From Spirochaetia bacterium (GTDB lineage: Bacteria > Spirochaetota > Spirochaetia > SZUA-6 > Bin103): DNA of 64,000 nucleotides. How positions within the stretch are numbered: position 1 is the first letter of the stretch; each line of letters begins with the position of its first letter. Below, piece after piece: positions 9,863-18,858 of the stretch. Position numbers and translations under genes: made by a program. The notes below the pieces were generated by a model. The model had not been told where the DNA came from, searched no databases, and was given only the letters and a program-made list of their open reading frames with translations. The stretch spans positions 3,488,001 through 3,552,000 of the forward strand of contig CBDBDQ010000005.1 of assembly GCA_965203905.1 (NCBI GenBank), read 5' to 3'.

Positions 9863-10666
9863 TCAGTACGGAGCGAGAATCGCTTCCAGGTTGGCGCGTT
9901 CGAGCAGTGCGGCGTCCGCGGACCGCTCCAGAAACGGCTGGACGTCGCGCGCCAGGAGCCGCGTGTCAAGGCCGGCGAGGCGCTCCTGAAGCAGCGTCCG
10001 CCAGTCGGGTGCGCGGTAGCGCCCGGCCCCCTGGGTCTGATCGAGCGCATGTTGGAGCAACGCCAGGTTCGGCTCGATCGGCGGCCGCCGCGACCGGTAC
10101 CAGATCAGGTCGTACCAGTCGCGCCCCTTGGCATAGCCACGCGTGAGCAGGGCGTGCAGCTTGCCCGCCATCAGCGACGGAAGGTCGTAGTGACTGATGA
10201 CGAAGGTGAAGTGACGGGTCACGAGGGTGCGCTGAATCGCCGCGCCTGCCGGCGGGCGGATGTCGATCTCCACCTTCACGGAGAGTTTCTGCTGCGCGTG
10301 GCCCGTGAGGCCGGCTTCCGCCAGCAGGTACGCCGTCCGCACCCACGCCACCTGTACCGGCTCGCGCTCGATCCAGCGAATCGTGCTGTCGAAGCCGGCC
10401 AGATGGAGATCTCTCTTCAGTTTCTGCAACCAGCGCACCGGCTCGTAGCCGGCGGCGGAGACGCGGGAGAAGTCGAGGTCCTCCGAGAATCGCGGCAGGC
10501 CCTCAAGAAAGCGCAAGGCCGTTCCGCCGACGAACGCCACCGCCCGTGCGGCCTCGCTCTCGTGCAACGACCGCATGATGAACGCCTGCAGGTACTCGCG
10601 CAGCGCATTGAGTCGGCGCTGCGGGTCATCGAACTGCAGTGCCCGGGCCAGCGCCTGATCCTTCAC
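9863..10666 (-). CDS. abiEii: Type IV TA toxin, AbiEii nucleotidyltransferase
   Basis: FVGGTALR..RFSEDLDF, KLHALL and KGRDWYDL. GTGA overlap with abiEi. Confidence 0.92.
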   Translation of the reverse strand: MKDQALARALQFDDPQRRLNALREYLQAFIMRSLHESEAARAVAFVGGTALRFLEGLPRFSEDLDFSRVSAAGYEPVRWLQKLKRDLHLAGFDSTIRWIEREPVQVAWVRTAYLLAEAGLTGHAQQKLSVKVEIDIRPPAGAAIQRTLVTRHFTFVISHYDLPSLMAGKLHALLTRGYAKGRDWYDLIWYRSRRPPIEPNLALLQHALDQTQGAGRYRAPDWRTLLQERLAGLDTRLLARDVQPFLERSADAALLERANLEAILAPY

Positions 10667-11304
10667 AGTTCGACTCCCGCCCCTTCCTGCTCGGCGCTGC
10701 ACGCCAGCCACACCTGTACGGCGCGCCCGATCCGCGGTTTCCCGATGCGCCGCGTGTAAGCTTGCAGTCGCTCCCGATCCACGACCTCGGTCTGCTGAAA
10801 CCGCATCTCGGACATCCGGCCACGGTCCCACTCTCCCGTATGGAAGTGGAACAGGTCGAGCAGCGCCTTCTCCGCGGTCGCGACCAGCGCCTCGTTGCCG
10901 GCGACCGACAAGGTCTGGTAGCCGAAGAAGAAGCTCCTCTTGATGGAGGTGTAGCGGAACATGCCGAACGCGTTCTCGAATCCCGCGGGACCGCGGGTAG
11001 TGACGCTGGTAAGGACCGGGACGGCCTCTGGAACTAGGCCGTAGAAGCTGAGCGCCCAGAGGCCACTTAGGTAAGAGGGGAAGCAGAGGGCGTTCGCCAG
11101 AGTAGCCGGCGGCACGGCCACGTGCCGGTAGCGGTCGGCCAGGGTGTACATGCCGCGGCGCAACGGCATCAGTTTGCCGGCCCGGCTCCAGCGATGGAGC
11201 TGATTCACGACATCCCGGCGCGCTTCCCCGCTGAGCTGTACCACCGTCGCCAGATCGAACCAGGGCCTCGATCCGAGCATATCGGCCAATTGATCAAGCC
11301 GCAC
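10663..11304 (-). CDS. abiEi: Type IV TA antitoxin, AbiEi family
   Basis: LRRGMY, PSYLS..ALSFYGLVPE and ATAEKALLD; coupled to abiEii. Confidence 0.88.
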   Translation of the reverse strand: MRLDQLADMLGSRPWFDLATVVQLSGEARRDVVNQLHRWSRAGKLMPLRRGMYTLADRYRHVAVPPATLANALCFPSYLSGLWALSFYGLVPEAVPVLTSVTTRGPAGFENAFGMFRYTSIKRSFFFGYQTLSVAGNEALVATAEKALLDLFHFHTGEWDRGRMSEMRFQQTEVVDRERLQAYTRRIGKPRIGRAVQVWLACSAEQEGAGVEL

Positions 11305-11320
11305 TTCCTGATACCGTTAC

Positions 11321-11352
11321 CAATAACCTACAAAAATGCCTGTTATTGTCAA
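11321..11352 (-). promoter_or_regulatory. abiE promoter with inverted-repeat operator
   Basis: TTGACA-16 nt-TAGGTT on the minus strand; CAATAAC-N14-GTTATTG palindrome (11321-11348). Confidence 0.65.
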
Positions 11353-11510
11353 CAGTTCCTGGTACGCGAACGCCGCAGGCGGTGCCCGCGACACGGTCGC
11401 GCACGGTGCCGTCAAGTCCCGGGAGCGAGAGCCCATCGCGTTTCCAAACACGAGACAACACTTATGTTGACATCGTGCCGGTCAGGCGCCATGTTTCAAC
11501 GACGCCGATT

Positions 11511-11924
11511 ATGCTGTGTTATACAATCAATCTTGAAGACGATGAGGGAACGCTACTTGTTACGTCTCCCGATTTTCCGGAACTGAAGACCTTCGGAGAA
11601 GATCGCGATGAGGCATTGGCGCGTGCGGTCGATGCGCTGGAAGAAGCGGTCGCCGCACGGATCCACGACCGGAGAGATATTCCAATGCCCGCCCCGGGTG
11701 CGGTTTGCGTCTCGCTACCGACCCTTACTGCGGTCAAGGTGCTCCTTTACCAGGGCATGCGAGATCAAAACATCGGCAAGGCCGAGTTGGCGCGGCGTCT
11801 GGGTTGGCACCTGCCGCAAGTGGATCGTGTGTTGGACGTAAATCACCACTCTCGGTTGGATCGAATGGATGCCGCGTTGGGAGCCATTGGGTTGCGCCTC
11901 GAAGTCACTTCCGTCGCCGCGTAG
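11511..11924 (+). CDS. hicB: HicB family antitoxin with C-terminal HTH (no hicA)
   Basis: LVTSPDFPELKTFGEDRDEALARAVDAL followed by KAELARRLGWHLPQVDRVLD. Confidence 0.88.
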   Translation: MLCYTINLEDDEGTLLVTSPDFPELKTFGEDRDEALARAVDALEEAVAARIHDRRDIPMPAPGAVCVSLPTLTAVKVLLYQGMRDQNIGKAELARRLGWHLPQVDRVLDVNHHSRLDRMDAALGAIGLRLEVTSVAA

Positions 11925-11961
11925 CTCCCCAGCCAACCCGCAACGTCGTGTCGGCGACCCC

Positions 11962-12051
11962 TTTTTCCAGCCAGCGCACCGGTTCGTAGCCGTCCGTAGA
12001 GACGCCGGATAGCGCCGCGCCGCCGACAAACGTCACGATGTGCGCCGCTTC
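11962..12051 (-). pseudogene. Fragment of a second abiEii with the catalytic motif deleted
   Basis: Translates EAAHIVTFVGGAAL-SGVSTDGYEPVRWLEK versus intact EAARAVAFVGGTAL-RFLEGLPRFSEDLDF-SRVSAAGYEPVRWLQK. Confidence 0.85.
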
Positions 12052-12081
12052 AAGTGGTCTTTCGAGTGGATATCGCCGTGG

Positions 12082-12939
12082 TCATGCGATGGATAGCGCC
12101 TTGAGAAGCTCGTCCTTCTGCAGGCTGGCGAACAGCTTGACCAGTTCGCTCAGATCGCCAGCATCGGCCCGCTCCAGGGCATTGAGATACCGGGCCCGCC
12201 CTTCGTTTCGTACTACCAGCGGAAACCACCCCGCCTTGACGAAGACCAGGGTGGCAAGCGCTCGCGCGATGCGGCCGTTGCCGTCCTGGAACGGGTGGAT
12301 CTGTGTGAACCGATGATGCAGCCACGCCGCTTCAACCTCGGGTGCCACACTCTCGTGACCTCGGTGCAACTCGATCAGTCGATCCATCTCGGCGGCCACG
12401 TGCTCCGGGGGACAGTATTCGTGGATCGAAGCGTCGGGTCGCAGTGGATTGTTGGGCCACCGTTTGTAGTCGCCGCGAATCAGCTCGACTCGGCTGATCC
12501 GGCCCTGCACATCGGCGGCCTCCACCCACGCCTGGTTGCGCGTCATGAGGGCGTGCATCTCCTTGATGTAGCCCGTGGTCAGGATTCGCTCCCCCCTCAC
12601 GAATCTGAAGATGCTCTCTACCGCGGCTTGGTGATCCTGGATCATGGCGGCAACCGACTCCGGTTGCTGGTCGTCTCCGTGCGGGATGAGCGCCGCATCG
12701 ATTCCCCGCTCGATCAACAGTTGCGTCACTCCGCGGTCGAACGAGTACAGGCGCTCGAGCAGACCTGTCTCGATGGCCCACTCGCGGTGCAGTCGCTCGT
12801 TGAACCGTAAGAACGCATCCAGCGTCTCCAGACGCTCGCGCTGTTCCAGCCACACCGCCGCCAGGTGTTTCAGTTCCGGCTGCAGGAGATCCTCTGGGTC
12901 CGTCTCGTAGTCGGTGATGAATTCCCATCGGTGACCCAT
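12082..12939 (-). CDS. Fic family protein
   Basis: Canonical HPFQDGNGRIAR motif; start MGHRWEFITDY. Confidence 0.92.
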   Translation of the reverse strand: MGHRWEFITDYETDPEDLLQPELKHLAAVWLEQRERLETLDAFLRFNERLHREWAIETGLLERLYSFDRGVTQLLIERGIDAALIPHGDDQQPESVAAMIQDHQAAVESIFRFVRGERILTTGYIKEMHALMTRNQAWVEAADVQGRISRVELIRGDYKRWPNNPLRPDASIHEYCPPEHVAAEMDRLIELHRGHESVAPEVEAAWLHHRFTQIHPFQDGNGRIARALATLVFVKAGWFPLVVRNEGRARYLNALERADAGDLSELVKLFASLQKDELLKALSIA

Positions 12940-13034
12940 GCCGCCGAATGATTGCACGTCACGAATGGCCGTTTCCATCATTCGAAGCGGGTCAGCCGCC
13001 ACTTCTGGACGCCGGGGGCCCTTTGCGTACCGAG

Positions 13035-14165
13035 TTACTTGTAGGGATCTGCGGCGTCGCGGAGGCCGTCGCCGAGGAAGTTGAAGGCCAGCACGGCGAC
13101 CACCACGAACAGGCCGGGGATCAGCAGCCACGGGTGCAGCAGCACCGCGTGCACGTTCTGGGCGTCCTGCAGCAGCGTGCCCCAGCTCACCACCGGCGGT
13201 CGCAGCCCCAGGCCCAGGAAACTGAGCGCGGTCTCGCCCAGGATCATGTAGGGCACCGCCAGGGTCAGGCTCACGATCAGGTAGCTCATGAACGAGGGCA
13301 GCAGGTGCAGGGCGACGATCTTGCCCTCGCCTCTGCCGGCCACCCGCGCCGCGGTCACGAAGTCCTGCTGGCGCAACTCCAGCAGCTTGCCGCGCACCAC
13401 CCGCGCCAGCCCGGCCCAGCCGAACATCGACAGGATGATGGTGATCGCGAAGTAGGTCTTCAGGGTGCCCCAGTGGGTTGGCAGGGCGGCGCTCAGCGCC
13501 ATCCACAGCGGAATGGTGGGCAGCGAGATCAGGATCTCGATGCCGCGCTGAATCACCATGTCGGTCTTGCCGCCGTAGTAGCCGGAGATGCCGCCCATCG
13601 TGCAGCCGAGCACGAAGCTCAGGAACACCCCCACCAGGCCGATCGACAGCGAGATGCGGCCGGCGTAGACGGTGCGCGAGTACAGGTCGCGGCCCAGCTT
13701 GTCGGTGCCGAACAGGTAGAATGCGCCCTCCTGGACCCCGACCAGGCGCAGGTCCGCCTCCCAGATGCCCCACAGCTTGTAGGGATCGCCGTGCACGAAG
13801 AAGCGAAGGTAGTGGCGCGTCTCCGGGTCCTCCTTGTACACGCGGCGGAACGCCTTGCGGTCCACCACCTTCTGCACGTCGTACACGAACGGGCGCAGCC
13901 CCCAGCCGTTCTCGTCGCCGAAGCGGATCTTCTGCGGCCGCATGAACACGAACTCCGCGTTGTGCTTGAGGATGTCGTGGGTGGCGAAGAACTCGCTGAA
14001 GGCGGCGAACAGGTAGAACACCGCCAGCACCGCCCCGCCCGCGATGGCCAGCTTGTGGCGGGTGAACTTGCGCCACATGAGCTGCCACTGCGAGGCGACG
14101 AAGTAGCGGTCGTCCTCCGCGGTGCGCGACACCCGGCCGGCGCCAGGTGCTGCGATTTCGCTCAT
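13035..14165 (-). CDS. Peptide/nickel-type ABC transporter permease (DppC/OppC-like)
   Basis: LFGTDKLGRD, EAA-like loop and FNFLGDGLRDAADP. Confidence 0.95.
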   Translation of the reverse strand: MSEIAAPGAGRVSRTAEDDRYFVASQWQLMWRKFTRHKLAIAGGAVLAVFYLFAAFSEFFATHDILKHNAEFVFMRPQKIRFGDENGWGLRPFVYDVQKVVDRKAFRRVYKEDPETRHYLRFFVHGDPYKLWGIWEADLRLVGVQEGAFYLFGTDKLGRDLYSRTVYAGRISLSIGLVGVFLSFVLGCTMGGISGYYGGKTDMVIQRGIEILISLPTIPLWMALSAALPTHWGTLKTYFAITIILSMFGWAGLARVVRGKLLELRQQDFVTAARVAGRGEGKIVALHLLPSFMSYLIVSLTLAVPYMILGETALSFLGLGLRPPVVSWGTLLQDAQNVHAVLLHPWLLIPGLFVVVAVLAFNFLGDGLRDAADPYK

Positions 14166-15161
14166 TCAGCCCGCCTGCGCCTCGTAGCGGATGCGCGGAT
14201 CAATCAGCACCAGCAGCATGTCTGAGATGAACGTGCCGATCACCACCATGAAGGTCAGCAGCATGGTGATGCTCCCCGCCAGGTACATGTCCTGCGCCAG
14301 CAGCGCCCGGAACAGCAGCGGCCCCGTGGTCTCCAGCCCCAGCACGATCGCCGTGATCGTCTCACCGGAAACAATGCCGGCCAGCGCCCAGCCCACGGTG
14401 CTGACGATCGGGTTGATCGACAGGCGCACCGGGTACCGGTACAGCAGCGTGTGCTCGTCGACCCCCTTGGCGCGCGCCGTGATCACGTACTGCCGCGCCA
14501 GCTCGTCGAGCAGCGAGCCGCGCATCACGCGCACCAGGTAACCGGTGCCGGCGGTGCCGATCACCAGCACCGGGATCGGCATGTGCTTGATCAGGTCGAG
14601 CACGCGTGCCCAGCTCCACGGCGCATCGACGAACTCCGGCGAGAACAGCCCGCCGATGCTCCAGCCGAACCAGCGGTTGAACAGCAGCATGAAGATCAGC
14701 GCGAGCAGGAAGTTGGGCGTCGCCAGGCCCACGAATCCCATGAAGGTGAAGGAGAAGTCGGCGATCGAGTACTGGTGGGTGGCGGAGTAGATGCCGATCG
14801 GGATGGCGATCACGTAGGCGAACAGCAGCGAGGAGAGCGACAGCAGGACCGTGAACGGGAGCCGGTCGGCGATCAGCGTGCCCACTTTCTCCTTGAGGTT
14901 GAACGACCAGCCCAGGTTGCCGCGCGCGATGCGCCAGATCCAGACCGCGTACTGCACGTGCACCGGCTTGTCCAGGCCGTACAGCTTGCCCATCGCCGCC
15001 AGCTCGGCCTCGTCGACGTCGCGCCCCAGCGCCTGCTGGTTGGCACGGTACACGGTGAGGTAGTCGCCCGGCGGAAGCTGGATGATCAGGAAGGCGATCA
15101 TCGACACCAACACCAGGACCAGGGCCATGTAAAGCACGCGCCGAATGACGTAGTTGACCAC
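14166..15161 (-). CDS. Peptide/nickel-type ABC transporter permease (DppB/OppB-like)
   Basis: YVIRR, LPPGD, YVITARAKG and DPRIRY. Confidence 0.95.
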   Translation of the reverse strand: MVNYVIRRVLYMALVLVLVSMIAFLIIQLPPGDYLTVYRANQQALGRDVDEAELAAMGKLYGLDKPVHVQYAVWIWRIARGNLGWSFNLKEKVGTLIADRLPFTVLLSLSSLLFAYVIAIPIGIYSATHQYSIADFSFTFMGFVGLATPNFLLALIFMLLFNRWFGWSIGGLFSPEFVDAPWSWARVLDLIKHMPIPVLVIGTAGTGYLVRVMRGSLLDELARQYVITARAKGVDEHTLLYRYPVRLSINPIVSTVGWALAGIVSGETITAIVLGLETTGPLLFRALLAQDMYLAGSITMLLTFMVVIGTFISDMLLVLIDPRIRYEAQAG

Positions 15162-15220
15162 CTCTCCTCCTGGGGCGTCGTCGAGACCGGAGCGCTACCG
15201 TTCGAAGTACGGCGGTGTGG

Positions 15221-15616
15221 TCACCGGTCGTCGCCCGATTCGACGTTGCCGGCAGCAACGTGCGGACCGGCGGCGACCAGCCTTCGGTTGCGGGAGTCCA
15301 CCCTCAGATTCAATCCTTCGAGGGTGCGCGCGCCGAGCAACTGCAGGTCGCCGGCTTCGCCGAACACGACCTCGTCGGTGGTAACCGCCTCCCCGACGCG
15401 TATGATCGCGAATCCGATCGACCGGGTGATCGTCTCCCCGTTGGCCATGACGAAGCGCCGGTCGCGTTTCTCCGTTCCGATGCCGACTGTCCGCAGGCTA
15501 TCCTGATTGATCCACGTGAGCTCGCTGCCCGTATCCACCAGGACATCGCTCACCCGCACCGTCCGCGTCCTGAATTGCTGATTCTCGATCACGCACTCGA
15601 CGCTGAACAGTCCCAC
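15221..15616 (-). CDS. Clan AA (retropepsin-like) aspartyl protease
   Basis: VLVDTGS and LLGARTLEGL motifs; GAGGAGG RBS before GTG. Confidence 0.85.
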   Translation of the reverse strand: MGLFSVECVIENQQFRTRTVRVSDVLVDTGSELTWINQDSLRTVGIGTEKRDRRFVMANGETITRSIGFAIIRVGEAVTTDEVVFGEAGDLQLLGARTLEGLNLRVDSRNRRLVAAGPHVAAGNVESGDDR

Positions 15617-15649
15617 TTGCGAACCTCCTCGACCTTCCACGACGCGCGG

Positions 15650-15692
15650 GGGCCGGCCTGGCGCTTACAATTCATCGCGCGCCGGCCGGCCC
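15650..15692 (-). terminator. GC-rich stem-loop after SBP gene (terminator or mRNA stabiliser)
   Basis: GGGCCGGCC-T-GGCGC ... GCGCC-GGCCGGCCC inverted repeat. Confidence 0.6.
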
Positions 15693-15712
15693 TTCCGACT
15701 CAGGCTGCTACT

Positions 15713-17668
15713 TTACTCCTTGATCCACCACTGGTAGACGCGCCCGCGGAAGTTGCCCGCGGTGGCGTTGGTCCACGCCAGCTCGTCGTACAGGTTCATG
15801 ATGTTGCGGCGGAAGATCATCGGGCGCGGCGGCAGGCCGACGGTGCCGATGGCGAACACGTTCTCGGCGAACATCAGCATGAACTCCTTGCCCATCTCCT
15901 GCCACTTGGCGTCGTCGAGCTCGTTGCGCATCGCGTGCCCGAGGTCGAGCATCTCCTTGGCCGCGCCGACCGGCTCCTCGCCCGACTCGCCGTTCGTCTG
16001 ATACCAGTTGCGCCACAGCGGCGCCCAATGGCCGGCGGTCAGAAACCAGCCGCTCGCCGGGCTGTCGGTGCGGTACTTCAACTGGCTCGGCTCCATGATC
16101 CAGGTGGTCAGGTCGTAGTCGGCGTTGCTGGTGCGCAGCGAGAACAGGCTGCGCTCGATGATGCTGAACTTCAACTCGACGCCCACCTCGCGCCAGTAGT
16201 TGGTGACCAGCTCCGAGATGGTGACCAGGTCGGCCAGGCCGGTGCCGGTGATCACCTCCAGGGTCAGGCGGTTGCCGTCGGAGGTGAGCCGGTAGCCGTC
16301 GGCGTCGCGGCTGGTCAGGCCGACCTCGTCGAGCAGCCGGTTGGCCTCGTCCACGTCGAAGCGGATCGCCTCCTGCTCGGCCGCCTGCACCTCTTCATCG
16401 TAGAACGGCTCGTCGCCGAGGGCGAAGCCGAGCAACGGCGTGGCCAGCCCCTGGAACACGATGTCGTTGATCTCGTCGCGGTCTATGGCGTGCGACAGGG
16501 CCTGGCGGAAGCGCTTGTCGCGGTACAGCTCGCGCCGCACCGGGTCCTTGTGGTTCAGGTTCAGGTAGTAGGAGCCGGCGCCGGCCCAGGTGTTGGGGCC
16601 GATGATCACGTGGTAGTTGTAGCGGTCCGCGTTCTGCTCCAGCAGCGGCGCCTCGTCCATGCCGAAGCCCTCCACCAGGAAGTCGAACTCGCCGGCGATG
16701 CCGCGCGCCTTGACCAGCTCCGACTCGACCACCAGCACGCCGTAGATGTTGTCCATGTAGGGGAGCTGGTTGCCGGCGGCGTCGACCTTCCAGTAGTACG
16801 GATTGCGGTCCCACACGGTGCGGTCCATGGTCACCGAGGTGGGGATCCAGGCGTACAGGTAGGGTGGGCCGGGATAGTGGATGTAGGGTCGCGTCTTCTC
16901 GCGGGTCTGGTTGAAGAGCTGCCACCACTGTTCGAGCCCCTCTTCCTTGGCCTTCTTGTCGGCATCCTCGTTGTAGTCGATGTGGAGCTCTTTGAAGTAG
17001 TGCGCCGGGAAGTAGTGGTTCATGTAGCCGTTGGCGGCGGTGAACATGAAGAGTTGCGCGGGCGACGGCCCGGCGAATCCGAACTGCACCGTGCTGTCGT
17101 CGACCTGGGTGAAGGTCATGCGGGAGCCGTGCGACATCCAGGCGCCGGGGGTGAGCGGCGTCAGCTTCTCGTTGAACTGCACGTCCTCGTAGTAGAAGCG
17201 CAGGTCCTCCGCGGTGAACGGCTCGCCGTCCGACCACTTGATGCCCTCGCGCAGGTGCACGGTGAGCTCCGACTTGTCGGCGTTCCAGTCCCAGGCGCGC
17301 GCCACGTTGGGCACCACGTTCAGGGAGTCCTCGGGGTCGAGCTCCATCAACGGTTCGATGTTGACGTGCGCGATCATGTACCAGTTGCCGGTGCTGTGCT
17401 TGATGGCGGTGATCGAGCCGCCGTACTGGCCGATCTCATCCTTGACCTGCACCACCAGCGGCTCCGGCGGCAGCCGTTCCTCTACCGGCGGCAGGTCTCC
17501 GGATGCCACCAGTTGGGCCAGGGCCGGCGCCTCGTTGTAGCTGCCGGAAGCGGCCATCGTCTCCGCCGAGCTCGCCTCGGACGAGCCCTCATCGTCGCCG
17601 CCGGCCCAGACCATCGCGGCCGAACCGAGCAGCACCAGCGAAACCAAGAAGCCGGCAATCGCTTTCAT
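15713..17668 (-). CDS. ABC substrate-binding protein, family 5 (likely oligosaccharide-binding)
   Basis: Signal peptide; NEAP.L..G.LPPVEERLP, LREGIKWSDG and RNPYYWKVD..GNQLPY. Confidence 0.95.
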   Translation of the reverse strand: MKAIAGFLVSLVLLGSAAMVWAGGDDEGSSEASSAETMAASGSYNEAPALAQLVASGDLPPVEERLPPEPLVVQVKDEIGQYGGSITAIKHSTGNWYMIAHVNIEPLMELDPEDSLNVVPNVARAWDWNADKSELTVHLREGIKWSDGEPFTAEDLRFYYEDVQFNEKLTPLTPGAWMSHGSRMTFTQVDDSTVQFGFAGPSPAQLFMFTAANGYMNHYFPAHYFKELHIDYNEDADKKAKEEGLEQWWQLFNQTREKTRPYIHYPGPPYLYAWIPTSVTMDRTVWDRNPYYWKVDAAGNQLPYMDNIYGVLVVESELVKARGIAGEFDFLVEGFGMDEAPLLEQNADRYNYHVIIGPNTWAGAGSYYLNLNHKDPVRRELYRDKRFRQALSHAIDRDEINDIVFQGLATPLLGFALGDEPFYDEEVQAAEQEAIRFDVDEANRLLDEVGLTSRDADGYRLTSDGNRLTLEVITGTGLADLVTISELVTNYWREVGVELKFSIIERSLFSLRTSNADYDLTTWIMEPSQLKYRTDSPASGWFLTAGHWAPLWRNWYQTNGESGEEPVGAAKEMLDLGHAMRNELDDAKWQEMGKEFMLMFAENVFAIGTVGLPPRPMIFRRNIMNLYDELAWTNATAGNFRGRVYQWWIKE

Positions 17669-17700
17669 ACCTGATCCTCCCTTGGAAGTGTGATCCGTCG

Positions 17701-17729
17701 TTTATAGGCCGGCCGGCCCCACCCGTCAA
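17701..17729 (-). promoter_or_regulatory. Sigma70-type promoter of the ABC operon
   Basis: TTGACG-17 nt-TATAAA on the minus strand. Confidence 0.6.
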
Positions 17730-17810
17730 GGAGCACCGGCCCGCCCGCCGCCTTCGTTGATGCGATCGGCGGGCTTGATGTGGGGGATGCTGTGATGTGA
17801 CGATGCTCTC

Positions 17811-18041
17811 ATGCGCACCACCGTGACGATCGACGACGACGTGCTTGCCGTCGCCCGGGTGCTGGCGCTCAGGGACGGCAGCAGCTTGGGAAGCGCGTTG
17901 TCCACGCTTGCCCGCCGCGGCTTCAGGCGCGCGGAAATCGATGACGACGATGAGGACGACGTGCCCACGTTCCGCGTGGCGCCCGAATCGGCACCCATTA
18001 CCAGTGAGGATGTCCGCAAGGCGCTGAGCGACTGGCCATGA
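17811..18041 (+). CDS. VapB/CopG-like RHH antitoxin (cognate toxin missing)
   Basis: MRTTVTIDDDVL..SLGSALSTLARRG..ITSEDV; upstream GATGY repeats. Confidence 0.85.
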   Translation: MRTTVTIDDDVLAVARVLALRDGSSLGSALSTLARRGFRRAEIDDDDEDDVPTFRVAPESAPITSEDVRKALSDWP

Positions 18042-18092
18042 TCGCTGCCGCGACTTGCAGACCGCGGGGCGAATCTCCACATTGCTCGTGGT

Positions 18093-18443
18093 ATGGTGGA
18101 GCGCGTCCCCACGTCACCGAAGGCTGTGCGGATTCCCGACATCGTGTACGCCGTGAAACGGCGCCTGGCCGCCATGTGCGGTCCGCGACTGGTCAAGCTG
18201 TGCCTGTTCGGTTCGCGCTCGCGGGGCGATCACTCGCCGCACTCGGACATCGACGTGGCGGCCGTCATCCGCGGCCTTGACCGGCGCGAGAAGATGGCGG
18301 TGCTCGGCGCGGTGGCGGAAATCGAATTCGAGCGCTCCACCGCCATCTCGGCGCTGGTGTTGTCCGAAGCGGCGTTCGCGGAACTCCTGGCCCGCGAGCG
18401 CCGCATCGCTCTCGACATCGAACGCGACGGGATCCCGGTGTGA
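18093..18443 (+). CDS. Minimal nucleotidyltransferase (MNT) antitoxin
   Basis: LFGSRSRGD..SDIDV motif. Start may be GTG 18126. Confidence 0.9.
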   Translation: MVERVPTSPKAVRIPDIVYAVKRRLAAMCGPRLVKLCLFGSRSRGDHSPHSDIDVAAVIRGLDRREKMAVLGAVAEIEFERSTAISALVLSEAAFAELLARERRIALDIERDGIPV

Positions 18444-18841
18444 CCGAGCAGAACCGCGGACACGCCATTGGCGAGGAAATGCGCCGCGCCAACGATGCGC
18501 TCCGGGCCGCGGACCTGTTGGCGGCCAACGGGTTGTTCAGCGACGCCGTCTCCCGCCTTTACTACTGCGTCCTCTCACATGTACGCGCCCTGCTGCTCAC
18601 CCTGGACCTGGAGACACGAAGTCACGAGGCGGCTCTTCGGCTGCTGTCCCTGCACTTCGTCAAGGCCGGCACCCTGCCGAGGGAGGCGGCACACGTGTTC
18701 GCCAAACTGATGAAGTTCCGCGAAGAGGCCGACTACAACGCGTCCTACCTGTTCGACGCCGAGGACTTCCACGAGCTTCGAACGGAGGCACTGCGCTTGG
18801 CACAGGCGACGGAGGCGCTCACTGGCGCGGCCGGTTACTGA
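18440..18841 (+). CDS. HEPN domain protein
   Basis: AVSRLYY, SH..LHFVK and REEADY; GTGA overlap with the MNT gene. Confidence 0.9.
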   Translation: MTEQNRGHAIGEEMRRANDALRAADLLAANGLFSDAVSRLYYCVLSHVRALLLTLDLETRSHEAALRLLSLHFVKAGTLPREAAHVFAKLMKFREEADYNASYLFDAEDFHELRTEALRLAQATEALTGAAGY

Positions 18842-18858
18842 GTCCCCGTGCCCCCTTC

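Noticed and set aside
12082-14088. Apparent 668-aa Fic fusion (likewise the 799-aa sulfatase and 606-aa AKR ORFs)
   Set aside because: The N-terminal extensions are off-frame read-through of the upstream gene; the real starts are internal.
15681-17719. 12-bp direct repeat GCCGGCCGGCCC flanking the SBP gene
   Set aside because: Low-complexity GC-only word; one copy is a hairpin arm and the other a promoter spacer.
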